This document shows, piece after piece, positions 35,305 through 43,858 of a stretch of DNA of 64,000 nucleotides (position 1 is the stretch's first letter; the number at the start of each line of letters is the position of its first letter). Both the position numbers and the translations under genes were made by a program. The stretch comes from a virus: positions 1 to 64,000 of the IMG/VR virus record IMGVR_UViG_3300045988_100778, one strand, 5' to 3'. The notes under the pieces were generated by a model. That model saw only the letters and a list, made by a program, of their open reading frames with translations, was not told where the DNA came from and did not search any database.

Positions 35305-35787
35305 ATGGCAGTTTTTACAGCGCCTAAAGCGTATATTAAAATAGATAATCAAGTAGCCGGGTTTGTTCGTAATCTGCAATTTGCAGAAAACATCACCCGT
35401 GCGAATGTACAAGGGCTTGGCTCACTCCTTAACCAGGAGGTTCCGGCCGTACAGTATCAATGCACATGGACGGTAGACCAATTCTTTATTGACTTCAAAC
35501 AGCCAGTAATGGAAGGCATGATGCACCGTCTTGGTTCCGTCAAGTCTATTGTAGACACCTTGATTTTGGGCGAGCTTGGTTTTGCCATTGCTATTTATAG
35601 CAAGACAATTCAGAGCCAGGATTCGACTACAAAGATGGTGACAGCAGTAGACCCTACCGGACAGACTATGTGTATGTTGAATCCGTGTTTTGTAAATAAT
35701 CAAAATTTTTCATTACAGGAATCCGGGGTTGCTGGTTACAATATCAGCGGGATTTATCTTTACCCTATATCAACTTTGGAACTTTAA
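35305..35787 (+). CDS. tail tube protein
   Basis: 160 aa, directly after the sheath gene; terminator downstream. Confidence 0.6.
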   Translation: MAVFTAPKAYIKIDNQVAGFVRNLQFAENITRANVQGLGSLLNQEVPAVQYQCTWTVDQFFIDFKQPVMEGMMHRLGSVKSIVDTLILGELGFAIAIYSKTIQSQDSTTKMVTAVDPTGQTMCMLNPCFVNNQNFSLQESGVAGYNISGIYLYPISTLEL

Positions 35788-35812
35788 TTTTGATTATAAA
35801 CAATTGATAATT

Positions 35813-35846
35813 AGGGAGTTACAATTTAGTAACTCCCTTTTATTTT
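35813..35846 (+). terminator. intrinsic terminator after the tube gene
   Basis: GGGAGTTAC (35814-35822) pairs with GTAACTCCC (35829-35837), followed by TTTTATTTT. Confidence 0.65.
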
Positions 35847-35945
35847 GGTTATAAATAATTACAAAAGGATTAATTTCAGAATAATAAAATGTTATGTAAT
35901 TTGTAAATTATTTTTATTATAATGAATTATTGGTATTGTGAAATA

Positions 35946-36054
35946 ATGTTAATAAACTAACATTTTATACATAAGCACTTGCGTATCTCATAACATAATA
36001 TTATCTTTGCAATGTGGTTCTGATGAGGGAACCAAAAAATGAAAAGTCAAACAA
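35946..36054 (+). promoter_or_regulatory. conserved promoter cassette, copy 4 of 5
   Basis: ATGTTAATAAACTAACAT...ACATAAGCACTTGCGTATCTCATAACATAATATTATCTTTGCAATG...GTCAAACAA (36046-36054). Confidence 0.6.
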
Positions 36055-36071
36055 ATAAAAAAGATAAGGTT

Positions 36072-36341
36072 ATGAAATCAAATGTAGAAAGAATGACGGA
36101 AGATTTGAAAAAGGTGTTGTTTTCAAATGTATATAGCTTTGAGATTGAAACGAAAGATATAGTTTTCGGATTTAATAAGGTATTGAAGAAAAGAACTAAA
36201 TCAATGGCAAAGGCTATAGCTTTGGAACAAAAACTGAGAAATGATGTCGGACGTTATTTGTCCAGTACAGTAGTTGTTGCTTCTGTAAGAATGTACAGAA
36301 ACGGAGAGTTAAGAGGTGAATTTAAGGCTAATAATTTTTGA
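36072..36341 (+). CDS. hypothetical protein (89 aa)
   Basis: ATG 36072 (GATAAGGTTATG context, after the GTCAAACAA box) preferred over ATG 36039, which lies inside the cassette. Confidence 0.55.
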   Translation: MKSNVERMTEDLKKVLFSNVYSFEIETKDIVFGFNKVLKKRTKSMAKAIALEQKLRNDVGRYLSSTVVVASVRMYRNGELRGEFKANNF

Positions 36342-36343
36342 TT

Positions 36344-36352
36344 GTCAAACAA
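36344..36352 (+). promoter_or_regulatory. stand-alone GTCAAACAA leader box
   Basis: 17 nt upstream of ATG 36369. Confidence 0.4.
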
Positions 36353-36368
36353 ATAAAATTTTGAAGTT

Positions 36369-37010
36369 ATGAACGTTTACAGCAAGTTTTGTCCGAATGT
36401 ATTTTTAGCAAAGTGCGAAGAAAAGTATGAAAAGGGAGAAGTTATCGAAGTAACGACCAAGTATGGAAAGGAAAACGAATGTATTGTTTTCAATCTGATA
36501 TACGAAAAGGACGGATTCTATTACTATTCGATAGTACGTGCAGACGGGTTCAATGTCCAGGAATGGGCGAAGCAAAGAGCAGAAAGACGCAGAATGTGGG
36601 CGGCTTCGGCAGAGCAAAAGAGTAATGAGTATTACGAGAAATCCAATAAAGATAGTGATTTCCTCTCATTAGGAGAACCTATCAAGGTCGGACACCACAG
36701 CGAAAGAGGACATAGAAAAATGATTGACGAAGCCTGGAACAATATGGGCAAAAGTGTTGAGTTCAGCGACAAGGCTGTCGAACATGAAAGAGTAGCCAGG
36801 TATTGGGACAAGAAAGCGGAGGTAATTAATCTATCCATGCCGGAAAGTATAGACTATTACGAGCACAAGTTAGAGAAAGCCAAAGAATATCACGAAGGCT
36901 TGAAGTCCGGCAAATATCCACGGGAACACGTCTATTCTTTGACTTATGCGAAGAAGGCGGTTAATGATATGCAAAAGAACTATGATACAGCAAAAAGATT
37001 GTGGGGATAA
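36369..37010 (+). CDS. DUF3560-like protein
   Basis: LGEPIKVGHHSERGHRKMIDEAWNNMGKSVEFSDKA resembles the G-x-P-I-x-V-G-H-H-S-E-R core recalled for DUF3560. Confidence 0.5.
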   Translation: MNVYSKFCPNVFLAKCEEKYEKGEVIEVTTKYGKENECIVFNLIYEKDGFYYYSIVRADGFNVQEWAKQRAERRRMWAASAEQKSNEYYEKSNKDSDFLSLGEPIKVGHHSERGHRKMIDEAWNNMGKSVEFSDKAVEHERVARYWDKKAEVINLSMPESIDYYEHKLEKAKEYHEGLKSGKYPREHVYSLTYAKKAVNDMQKNYDTAKRLWG

Positions 37011-37101
37011 CAGGAGGATTGAAACAGCCATTGAAAGGATTATAGAATATCTTTTCAATTACACCCCCAACCTTAAGAGAACCCGGTCAAAAATAGAACT
37101 T

Positions 37102-37488
37102 ATGGAAAAGTTCTGGGAAAAGACCGGGATTTCCTCTAATAGGGCATTATGGGAATATATGGTGTTTCAAGGGTCAATGATAGAGAACAGCCGATATAAG
37201 GAAATGATGTTTGACCCCTATAATTTGATAGGACCAAAGGCGATAGAGAAATGGAATAAGAGGGGTAAATACCAGGTATTCATAGCCAATAAACGCCAGC
37301 GAGAAAGAGGATGGATAAGCCCGTTTAAGGAGAAGGAAGAGGGTTTATCTGAAAGATACAGGGAGATGTTGAGGAAAAAGTATTGGAACAAGGAGAAGGG
37401 GTTTATACTTTGCAGCCAGTACGGAGGATGGTTATTCGACAAAAACAGATGTAAGGATTGTATATTTTACAAGGCTTGTGAAAAATGA
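37102..37488 (+). CDS. hypothetical Cys-containing protein (128 aa)
   Basis: First ATG of frame 36946-37488 after the previous stop; C-terminal CKDCIFYKAC. Confidence 0.5.
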   Translation: MEKFWEKTGISSNRALWEYMVFQGSMIENSRYKEMMFDPYNLIGPKAIEKWNKRGKYQVFIANKRQRERGWISPFKEKEEGLSERYREMLRKKYWNKEKGFILCSQYGGWLFDKNRCKDCIFYKACEK

Positions 37489-37534
37489 CATACTAAAAGT
37501 TTATGTTATCAAATAATATTTGTATATTTGTGCC

Positions 37535-37594
37535 ATGAAAAAGACAGTGGGTAACTATATAGAACTTTGCACTAAAAATTATATAAATAAATAG
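37535..37594 (+). pseudogene. 19-codon stub, the displaced original 5' end of the HNH/NinG-like gene
   Basis: TATATTTG-TGCC-ATG AAA AAG ACA GTG ... gives MKKTV. AAGACAGTG recurs at 38871-38879 inside the start of the downstream HNH gene. Confidence 0.45.
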
Positions 37595-38870
37595 GAAATT
37601 TAAAATATTCTATTTATATTTGTGGTATGTATTTAACGGAACAACATATAATAACAGTTAATGATAAGAGGTACAAGGATTTAGACCGGATTTGTTTCTT
37701 ATCCAAGAACTTGTATAATGCGGCTTTATATATCATAAAGCAAGAATTTCTTGTTTCCGGGAAATGGATAAGGTCTGTAGAACTTAATAAAAAGATGGTT
37801 GCAGAAAACAATGTTGATTTTAGGGCTATGAGCGGTTCCTCTTCCCAGCAAATTTTAATGGCTTTGGATAAGAATTTGAAATCTTATTTTTCAGCCATTA
37901 AAGCATGGAAAAGGGATAACAAGAAATTTACCGGATGCCCTAAATTTCCGAAATACAAACATAAGACAAAAGGAAGAAATGTATTTTCTTATTCTTATGT
38001 GCAATTCAGACATAAAGGAGAATATATTTACTTTCCAAAGAAAGAAGGTCTGAAACCGTTAAAAACGAAATGCAAGGAAGGAACAGTTAAGCAAGTCAGA
38101 TTTGTGCCGAAAGCAGATTGTTATGTAATAGAATTGGTATATGAATCAGAAGTAAAGGAACAGTTACTAAACAACAATAGATATATGTCTATTGATTTGG
38201 GGGTTAACAATCTTGCTTCTATTGTAACGAATACGAGTAACAGGGCTGTTTTGGTAGATGGCAAGAAATTAAAGTCTATCAACCAGTATTATAACAAGAA
38301 AAAATCTAAAGTTCAATCACAATTAAAGAAAACAAATGGAAAGGAAAATTCGAGACGGCTAATGAACCTTACAAGAAAAAGAAACAATAAGGTCAAGGAT
38401 TATTTGCATAAGGCAAGCAAGGAAATTGTAAGCATGTGCTTGAAAGACAACATAACTACATTGATAGTAGGACATAATGACGGATGGAAACAAGAAGTAA
38501 ATATGGGTAAAAGAAACAATCAGAATTTTGTTTCAATTCCGTTTGAAACTTTCATATCAATGTTAAGGTATAAATCTGAAAGACAAGGACTAAGATTTGT
38601 TGAAATAAACGAATCTCACACGTCAAAATGCAGTTCTTTAGATTTAGAAGAGGTAAAACATCATGATAGTTATATTGGAAAGAGAGTAAAAAGAGGTCTT
38701 TTCAGAACAAAGGACGGAATTTTACTCAATGCAGATATAAACGGAGCCTATAATATTATGAGAAAAGTAAAGGGGGATGCAGCAATGCCACCCTATAGAG
38801 GGTTTGGGTATAACCCAGTTAAGAAATTTATTAACAAATAGATACAAGTGTAAACATGTATATAATTACC
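37550..38870 (+). mobile_element. tnpB cassette bounded by the 9-bp direct repeat AAGACAGTG
   Basis: The repeats lie at 37541-37549 and 38871-38879. The interval contains only a promoter and tnpB. Confidence 0.55.
37627..38841 (+). CDS. tnpB: TnpB (IS200/IS605-IS607 accessory RNA-guided nuclease family)
   Basis: SIDLGVNNLASI (RuvC-I Asp), VGHNDGWKQEVNMGKRNNQNFVSIPF, EINESHTSKCSSLD and GKRVKRGLFRTKDGILLNADINGAYNIMRK (RuvC-III). 404 aa. Confidence 0.85.
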   Translation: MYLTEQHIITVNDKRYKDLDRICFLSKNLYNAALYIIKQEFLVSGKWIRSVELNKKMVAENNVDFRAMSGSSSQQILMALDKNLKSYFSAIKAWKRDNKKFTGCPKFPKYKHKTKGRNVFSYSYVQFRHKGEYIYFPKKEGLKPLKTKCKEGTVKQVRFVPKADCYVIELVYESEVKEQLLNNNRYMSIDLGVNNLASIVTNTSNRAVLVDGKKLKSINQYYNKKKSKVQSQLKKTNGKENSRRLMNLTRKRNNKVKDYLHKASKEIVSMCLKDNITTLIVGHNDGWKQEVNMGKRNNQNFVSIPFETFISMLRYKSERQGLRFVEINESHTSKCSSLDLEEVKHHDSYIGKRVKRGLFRTKDGILLNADINGAYNIMRKVKGDAAMPPYRGFGYNPVKKFINK

Positions 38871-39296
38871 AAGACAGTGAAGGAAGAAGTAAGACCGTGT
38901 GTTTCTTGTAAGGAGAACCATTTCATATACGACCGTAACAGATGGTTATGTAAGGAATGCTACGACAATAGAAAGAAATTGAAGTTGAACCGCGCTTCAT
39001 TGAAGGAAGAGGAAAACAGGCTTAACGAAGTGTTTGTTAAGGTATGGGAGGAGAACCCCCACTATTGTTTCCATTGTGGAAAGTGGCTGGGGCTTGAAAT
39101 GAAACCTATTTTCTTCTCCCATATATTGAGTAGGGGCGCGCATCCCGGTTTACGTTGTGACCCGGAAAACATAGTTTTGGCATGTATGGAATGCCATCAG
39201 ATATACGATTTCGGAGACAGAAACAGTCTGAAGAACCAGATACCGGAAGAGAGGATAGAAAAACTTTTGGAGAAAGAGCATGGGAAAAGATATTGA
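38856..39296 (+). CDS. HNH / NinG-like zinc-binding nuclease
   Basis: CVSCK...CKEC...CFHCG...SHILSRGAHPGLRCDPENIVLACMECH fits the H-x-x-S-R-G ... N ... C-x-x-C-H layout. Confidence 0.55.
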   Translation: MYIITKTVKEEVRPCVSCKENHFIYDRNRWLCKECYDNRKKLKLNRASLKEEENRLNEVFVKVWEENPHYCFHCGKWLGLEMKPIFFSHILSRGAHPGLRCDPENIVLACMECHQIYDFGDRNSLKNQIPEERIEKLLEKEHGKRY

Positions 39297-39675
39297 TTTA
39301 CTGATAGGATGCGCAGAAGTGTTTACCGCTATAGGACTGAAAAGGATTTCCAGAATGATAGTGGATTACCTGGAGAACCCTAATAGCGAGAAGGCGGAAA
39401 TATTTCAGAAAGAGGTTGAGGCATGGAAGGAATACGAGGAACGTTCAAAAGGCAGAATGTTTGTGTTCAGTGACGGGGAACACGCCCTTATGAAGTATTT
39501 CATTATATCATATGAAAAAGACTGGTATTCGGACGGGAACCCGGCTATAGTGATAAACAAGCTGGCAGATGAAAGTGCATCATTCAAGGACAACCCTATA
39601 AAGAATTTATGGGTAGTGTATAAGAGTGAGGAAGACCGGGACAGGGATTTTGAAAGATTGTTGATAATAAAATAA
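39280..39675 (+). CDS. hypothetical protein (131 aa)
   Basis: ORF track. Confidence 0.55.
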   Translation: MGKDIDLLIGCAEVFTAIGLKRISRMIVDYLENPNSEKAEIFQKEVEAWKEYEERSKGRMFVFSDGEHALMKYFIISYEKDWYSDGNPAIVINKLADESASFKDNPIKNLWVVYKSEEDRDRDFERLLIIK

Positions 39676-39680
39676 AAGTT

Positions 39681-39947
39681 ATGGGAAAATTTTTAATAGA
39701 AGACGTAAACGCAAAAGGATTGCTTATCTGGATGAATAACAATTTCCGGAAGCAGAACGGGAAACGGTTTACCCGTAATGATGTGCAGGCATATATAATG
39801 AGAGGACATTTGCCCGAATATCTGGGAGGAAACGAGATTGTAGTAACCCCTAAAAAGCATTGCACAATCAAGATGTACAACGTATTGGAAAACGATAACA
39901 ACCCGGTAGTGGAGGAAGAAGAAAATGAATGTATTGGTAGCATGTGA
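39681..39947 (+). CDS. hypothetical protein (88 aa)
   Basis: ORF track. Confidence 0.5.
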   Translation: MGKFLIEDVNAKGLLIWMNNNFRKQNGKRFTRNDVQAYIMRGHLPEYLGGNEIVVTPKKHCTIKMYNVLENDNNPVVEEEENECIGSM

Positions 39948-40632
39948 AGAAAGTCAGAGAGTTTGTGAGGCTTTTAGAAAACGAGGACATAACGCCTTTA
40001 GTTGTGACATTGTAGACTGTAGCGGTGGGCACCCCGAATGGCATTTCAAGCAGGATGTTTTGCAGGTTATTCCCAATTTCGGAGGAAAGCTGCAAAACGG
40101 TGAAGAGTATTATTTGCCGGAAGGCGAAGAATGGGATTTGATGGTTGCACACCCACCTTGTACTTATCTATGTGTGTCCGGTGCTGCATGGTATTATCAC
40201 CCGGAAGATAAGGGGCTGCCGATAGAACAGAGAAGACCACATCCGAAATATCCAAACAGGGCGAAAGACCGAGAAGAAGCCGTTAATTTCTTTATGGAGC
40301 TATATAATTCGGGCGTAAAAAGAATTGCCATAGAGAACCCAGTAGGGATTATGAGTACAAGGTTCAGAAAGGCAGACCAAATCATAGAACCTTGGATGTT
40401 CGGGGATGAAGCAAGCAAGAAGACTTGTTTATGGCTTAAAAATCTGCCTAAACTCACTCCTACAAAGATTGTCGGGAAAGGTGAAGTGGTGGAAGGAAAG
40501 AATGGTTTTAGAATGCAGAAATGGTATTGTGATGCTTACGGACTGCCTAAAGAGGAAAGACAGAAGATAAGAAGCAAGACATTTCCGGGCATTGCGGAAG
40601 CGATAGCGGAACAATGGGGTAGTTTAAAATAA
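39925..40632 (+). CDS. putative DNA methyltransferase-like protein
   Basis: VLVACEESQRVCEAFRKRGHNAFSCDI...DLMVAHPPCTYLCVSG. The PPC motif and layout are recalled from phage proteins usually annotated as cytosine methyltransferases. Confidence 0.4.
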   Translation: MNVLVACEESQRVCEAFRKRGHNAFSCDIVDCSGGHPEWHFKQDVLQVIPNFGGKLQNGEEYYLPEGEEWDLMVAHPPCTYLCVSGAAWYYHPEDKGLPIEQRRPHPKYPNRAKDREEAVNFFMELYNSGVKRIAIENPVGIMSTRFRKADQIIEPWMFGDEASKKTCLWLKNLPKLTPTKIVGKGEVVEGKNGFRMQKWYCDAYGLPKEERQKIRSKTFPGIAEAIAEQWGSLK

Positions 40633-40643
40633 ATTTTGGTAAC

Positions 40644-41297
40644 GTGAAAACAAGTAGTAATTTCGTGATTGTCTATGACTTTGAAACCGGGGGATTGCCA
40701 AGCAAGGAGAAGCAGGCTTTTTTGGACATCCCTTTGGTAGAAATGGCTATGTCGTGCATAGACATGAAAAAGTTGGAAATAATAGACCGTGCAGAAATGA
40801 TATTCCCGTATAACTACAAGGAAGGACTTGCAGGATATTCGGAGGAAGCAACGGCAGTACACGGCATAACAAAAGAAGTCCAAGAAGAGAATGCGGTGCC
40901 ATTGAAAGAGATATACAGCACTTGCAAGAAATGGTTCGCCAAATACAAGAATCCACGCCAGATGTGTACGCTTGTAGGGCACAATATCGTAGGATTCGAT
41001 AACCCGTTTCTGAAAAACTTCTTCGCCTACATGAACGACGATATAGACAATTACGTAAAATACTACATAGACACGATGCAGTTTGCACACATGGTAGCTT
41101 TGGAGCAGATGGACTACAAGCTGGGCACGTGTTGCCAGGCTGCCGGGATTGACCTTGTGGAAGCGCACAGGGCGCAGCACGATGTGGATGCGAACGCGAT
41201 GTTGTTCATTTCCTACGTGAAGAAGTTAAGGGGTGAAGGCGTGGAAACGGTGGAGAAGAAAGAAAGGAGATATAGAGAGGACTTCCAGTTATGTTGA
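40644..41297 (+). CDS. DEDDh 3'-5' exonuclease (DnaQ-like)
   Basis: Exo I VYDFETGG, Exo II LVGHNIVGFDNPFL, Exo III AHRAQHDVDANA. GTG start. Confidence 0.8.
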   Translation: MKTSSNFVIVYDFETGGLPSKEKQAFLDIPLVEMAMSCIDMKKLEIIDRAEMIFPYNYKEGLAGYSEEATAVHGITKEVQEENAVPLKEIYSTCKKWFAKYKNPRQMCTLVGHNIVGFDNPFLKNFFAYMNDDIDNYVKYYIDTMQFAHMVALEQMDYKLGTCCQAAGIDLVEAHRAQHDVDANAMLFISYVKKLRGEGVETVEKKERRYREDFQLC

Positions 41298-43405
41298 CGG
41301 GTGACGGAAAAGGAATACTTACAAATAATCAGCTTACATATCTGTACAATGCGGTAGACAATATCATAGAGAGACTGCCGGAAAGGGCGCTTAACCAGTT
41401 GTTGGAAGGATATGGAAACGACGTTGATACCATGCTTAGGGAAATGGTGCATCAGTCGGAAAAGGCGCTGTATCTGGGTCGGACGCTGGATTCAGAAAGT
41501 TTATCCTATGTGGATAACGTGAAAGCCTCTATGGACAATACGCTTAAAATATTGTCCCTCAATTATTTCATAACAACCATGTTGCCTAAATTCCGGTTAG
41601 GGTGGCGTAATATAGAGTGGGGAAATCTCACTCAATTATACCCGTGGAGTTGTTATTTATGCGCCCGGGCGAGTGGCAAGTGCATGAGTGCTGATACATT
41701 GGTTGTAATGTATGATGGGGCTTTGAAGAAGATTCAAGATATAGAAGTTGGTGATAAAGTGATGGGTGTTGATTCAACACCGCGTACAGTGCTGCAATTA
41801 CATAAAGGTGTTGCACCTATGTATAAAGTGAGACAGTCCAAAGGAATGACTTATGAAGTGAATGAAGGACACTTGCTTTGCTGTTATTATAACGGTTATT
41901 TCATTGATGTAGAAGTAGATGCTGTATGTAGACAACAGAAAGATATAAGAAAGTTGTTTCTGGGATATAAAGTCAAGAATATAGGGAAAGGAACACCAGA
42001 ATTTGATTATTCTTCATTGAAGATTGAACCTATTGGAGAGGGGGAATATTATGGTTTTGCGTGCGATGGAGACCATAAGTTTTTATTGGAGGATGGGACG
42101 GTTGTACATAACAGTTATCAATGGTCTTATGCCTTTATTCTGTGGCGTTTATGGTCCTACACAAGACCGACTGCATATAGACAAGACACGGTAGACAATG
42201 CCAACCGGAAAGAAACATGCTATATTACCAATACTTTTACACTGGCAAAGGTGCAGATAGCGAAAGTGACGGAAGAGATAGAGGCGAACGACTTAATAAA
42301 GGAAAAACTGAACCCTTATAATAAGGCTTCAATCGGAGAAACAGCCATAAAGACGGAAACGGGGAGTACGCTGCATGTACGCGGTAAGGATTCAATGATT
42401 CGCGGTCTGCATGTGGGGGCTTGCTTGTGTGACGATATGCCGGATGAAAGCTCCCTATATTCGGACGAACAAAGAGAGAAATTGAAAGAACTTCTGAAAG
42501 GTACTATAGAACCGATTGTAGAGCCATACGGTTACTTTCTTGTAACTGGTACGCCTTATTCTTCTGCACCGAATGAATTGTACCAGATATTGAAGGCAGA
42601 CAAGCGTTTCTATTGTTTTGAATATCCGATATTGTTTCCGGATGGCAGACCGTTGGCACCAGACAGATACACGTTTGAACAGATATTGGCGAAAAAGGAA
42701 GAACTTGGAACGATTGTGTTCAACCGTGAATACTTGGTGGTTCCTATCAGTGACACGTCAACGATATTTCCGTATGAATATCTGATGCGTAGCGTTATAG
42801 GAATGGAAACGATACGTTTTGCGTCAAGTATAGACGATTTTCCTTTCAAGCTTACAAGGGTACATATAGGTGTGGACTTTGCGGTTTCCGGTAATATTGG
42901 AGCGGACTATACAGTGTATTCGGTATGGGGCAAAGATGCGATGGATAACTACTATTTGTTGTACTATTACCGGAAGCGCGGTATGTCGCATAACGAACAG
43001 GTGGATAAGATTGTACAGCTTGACCGACTTTTCCACCCCAATAAGATACGGTGTGAGGCAAACGGTTTCCAGTCCATATTGTCCGGACTGGCAAAGGAAA
43101 GAGGGCTTAAGAATATAGAACCATTTACGACAACGGAAGGAAACAAGAAAGATTTGTATACTGGACTACCTTCTTTGTCCGCAATGTTTGAAAGAGGACA
43201 GATAAAATGCCCCTATGCGATAGGAGAAACGAGGCAGGCGGTTGACTTGATGTTCGGTGAATTTTCTTCTATTACATTTAGAAGTGATAACGGGAAATTG
43301 GAGGCGGCAAGTGGTCACGATGACGTGGTAATGTCGTCGTTCATTTCCTTAAATAGCTTACGCGAAGACGATAAAGAAGTACAAGTAAGTGTAGAATTAA
43401 TATAA
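41291..43405 (+). CDS. terL: terminase large subunit, interrupted by an intein
   Basis: Walker A ARASGK|S split by the intein; Walker B LHVGACLCDDMPDE; nuclease blocks IGVDFAVSG and SGHDDVVMS. Confidence 0.85.
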   Translation: MLTGDGKGILTNNQLTYLYNAVDNIIERLPERALNQLLEGYGNDVDTMLREMVHQSEKALYLGRTLDSESLSYVDNVKASMDNTLKILSLNYFITTMLPKFRLGWRNIEWGNLTQLYPWSCYLCARASGKCMSADTLVVMYDGALKKIQDIEVGDKVMGVDSTPRTVLQLHKGVAPMYKVRQSKGMTYEVNEGHLLCCYYNGYFIDVEVDAVCRQQKDIRKLFLGYKVKNIGKGTPEFDYSSLKIEPIGEGEYYGFACDGDHKFLLEDGTVVHNSYQWSYAFILWRLWSYTRPTAYRQDTVDNANRKETCYITNTFTLAKVQIAKVTEEIEANDLIKEKLNPYNKASIGETAIKTETGSTLHVRGKDSMIRGLHVGACLCDDMPDESSLYSDEQREKLKELLKGTIEPIVEPYGYFLVTGTPYSSAPNELYQILKADKRFYCFEYPILFPDGRPLAPDRYTFEQILAKKEELGTIVFNREYLVVPISDTSTIFPYEYLMRSVIGMETIRFASSIDDFPFKLTRVHIGVDFAVSGNIGADYTVYSVWGKDAMDNYYLLYYYRKRGMSHNEQVDKIVQLDRLFHPNKIRCEANGFQSILSGLAKERGLKNIEPFTTTEGNKKDLYTGLPSLSAMFERGQIKCPYAIGETRQAVDLMFGEFSSITFRSDNGKLEAASGHDDVVMSSFISLNSLREDDKEVQVSVELI
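41681..42112 (+). mobile_element. 144-aa mini-intein in the TerL P-loop
   Basis: Begins CMSADTLVVMYDG, has block B NEGH, ends DGTVVHN, and is followed by Ser. There is no room for a homing-endonuclease domain. Confidence 0.8.
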
Positions 43406-43500
43406 TGTTAATTATATGTTAAAAGCACATAAGCACTTGCGTATGTCATAACATAATCTTATCTTTGTAATGTGAGAAAGAGATAAACGAAGTCAAACAA
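43405..43500 (+). promoter_or_regulatory. conserved promoter cassette, copy 5 of 5
   Basis: Starts on the last base of the terL stop codon: ATGTTAATTATATGTTAAAAGCACATAAGCACTTGCGTATGTCATAACATAATCTTATCTTTGTAATG...GTCAAACAA (43492-43500). Confidence 0.65.
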
Positions 43501-43516
43501 ATAAAAAGATAAGAAA

Positions 43517-43840
43517 ATGGAAAACGATATTAAGGTTCTCAAAGAGTTGTACAAGTTCATTTGTGTTAGTGAAGGTATCAAGGCAATTGCATTGAAGTTC
43601 TGTAAAGTTGGAAGGGGCGGTGCTTGTTGTTCTTATGTGGCTAACAAACCGAAATCAATCTCTATTGACTTGAATAGAATCAATGTCGGTTCTGCCTATG
43701 CTTTGTGCCATGAAGTAGCGCATCAGATTTGCATTGCAAATGAAGGTAATGCAACACATAATGCAAAGTTCAAAAAGATGGAAAAGGAATTGGTTAAGAA
43801 GTATGCCAATTGCACTATTGCAAGAAATTTAATTTGGTAA
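43517..43840 (+). CDS. small HExxH protein (SprT-like metallopeptidase motif)
   Basis: ALCHEVAHQI in a 107-aa protein. Confidence 0.45.
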   Translation: MENDIKVLKELYKFICVSEGIKAIALKFCKVGRGGACCSYVANKPKSISIDLNRINVGSAYALCHEVAHQICIANEGNATHNAKFKKMEKELVKKYANCTIARNLIW

Positions 43841-43858
43841 TGAAGGGAGGATAAGGTT

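Noticed and set aside
36039-36071. ATG 36039 as the start of the first gene after cassette copy 4.
   Set aside because: That ATG lies upstream of the conserved GTCAAACAA box. In all other copies the gene starts after the box, so ATG 36072 with the GATAAGGTTATG context is preferred.
42870-43118. Alternative-frame + strand ORFs inside terL (42870-43118), the tape measure (46662-46943) and other genes (3445-3765, 9374-9643, 16686-16889, 24242-24436, 28953-29135).
   Set aside because: They are fully nested in better-supported frames, have Arg/Cys-rich or otherwise atypical composition, and lack start contexts.
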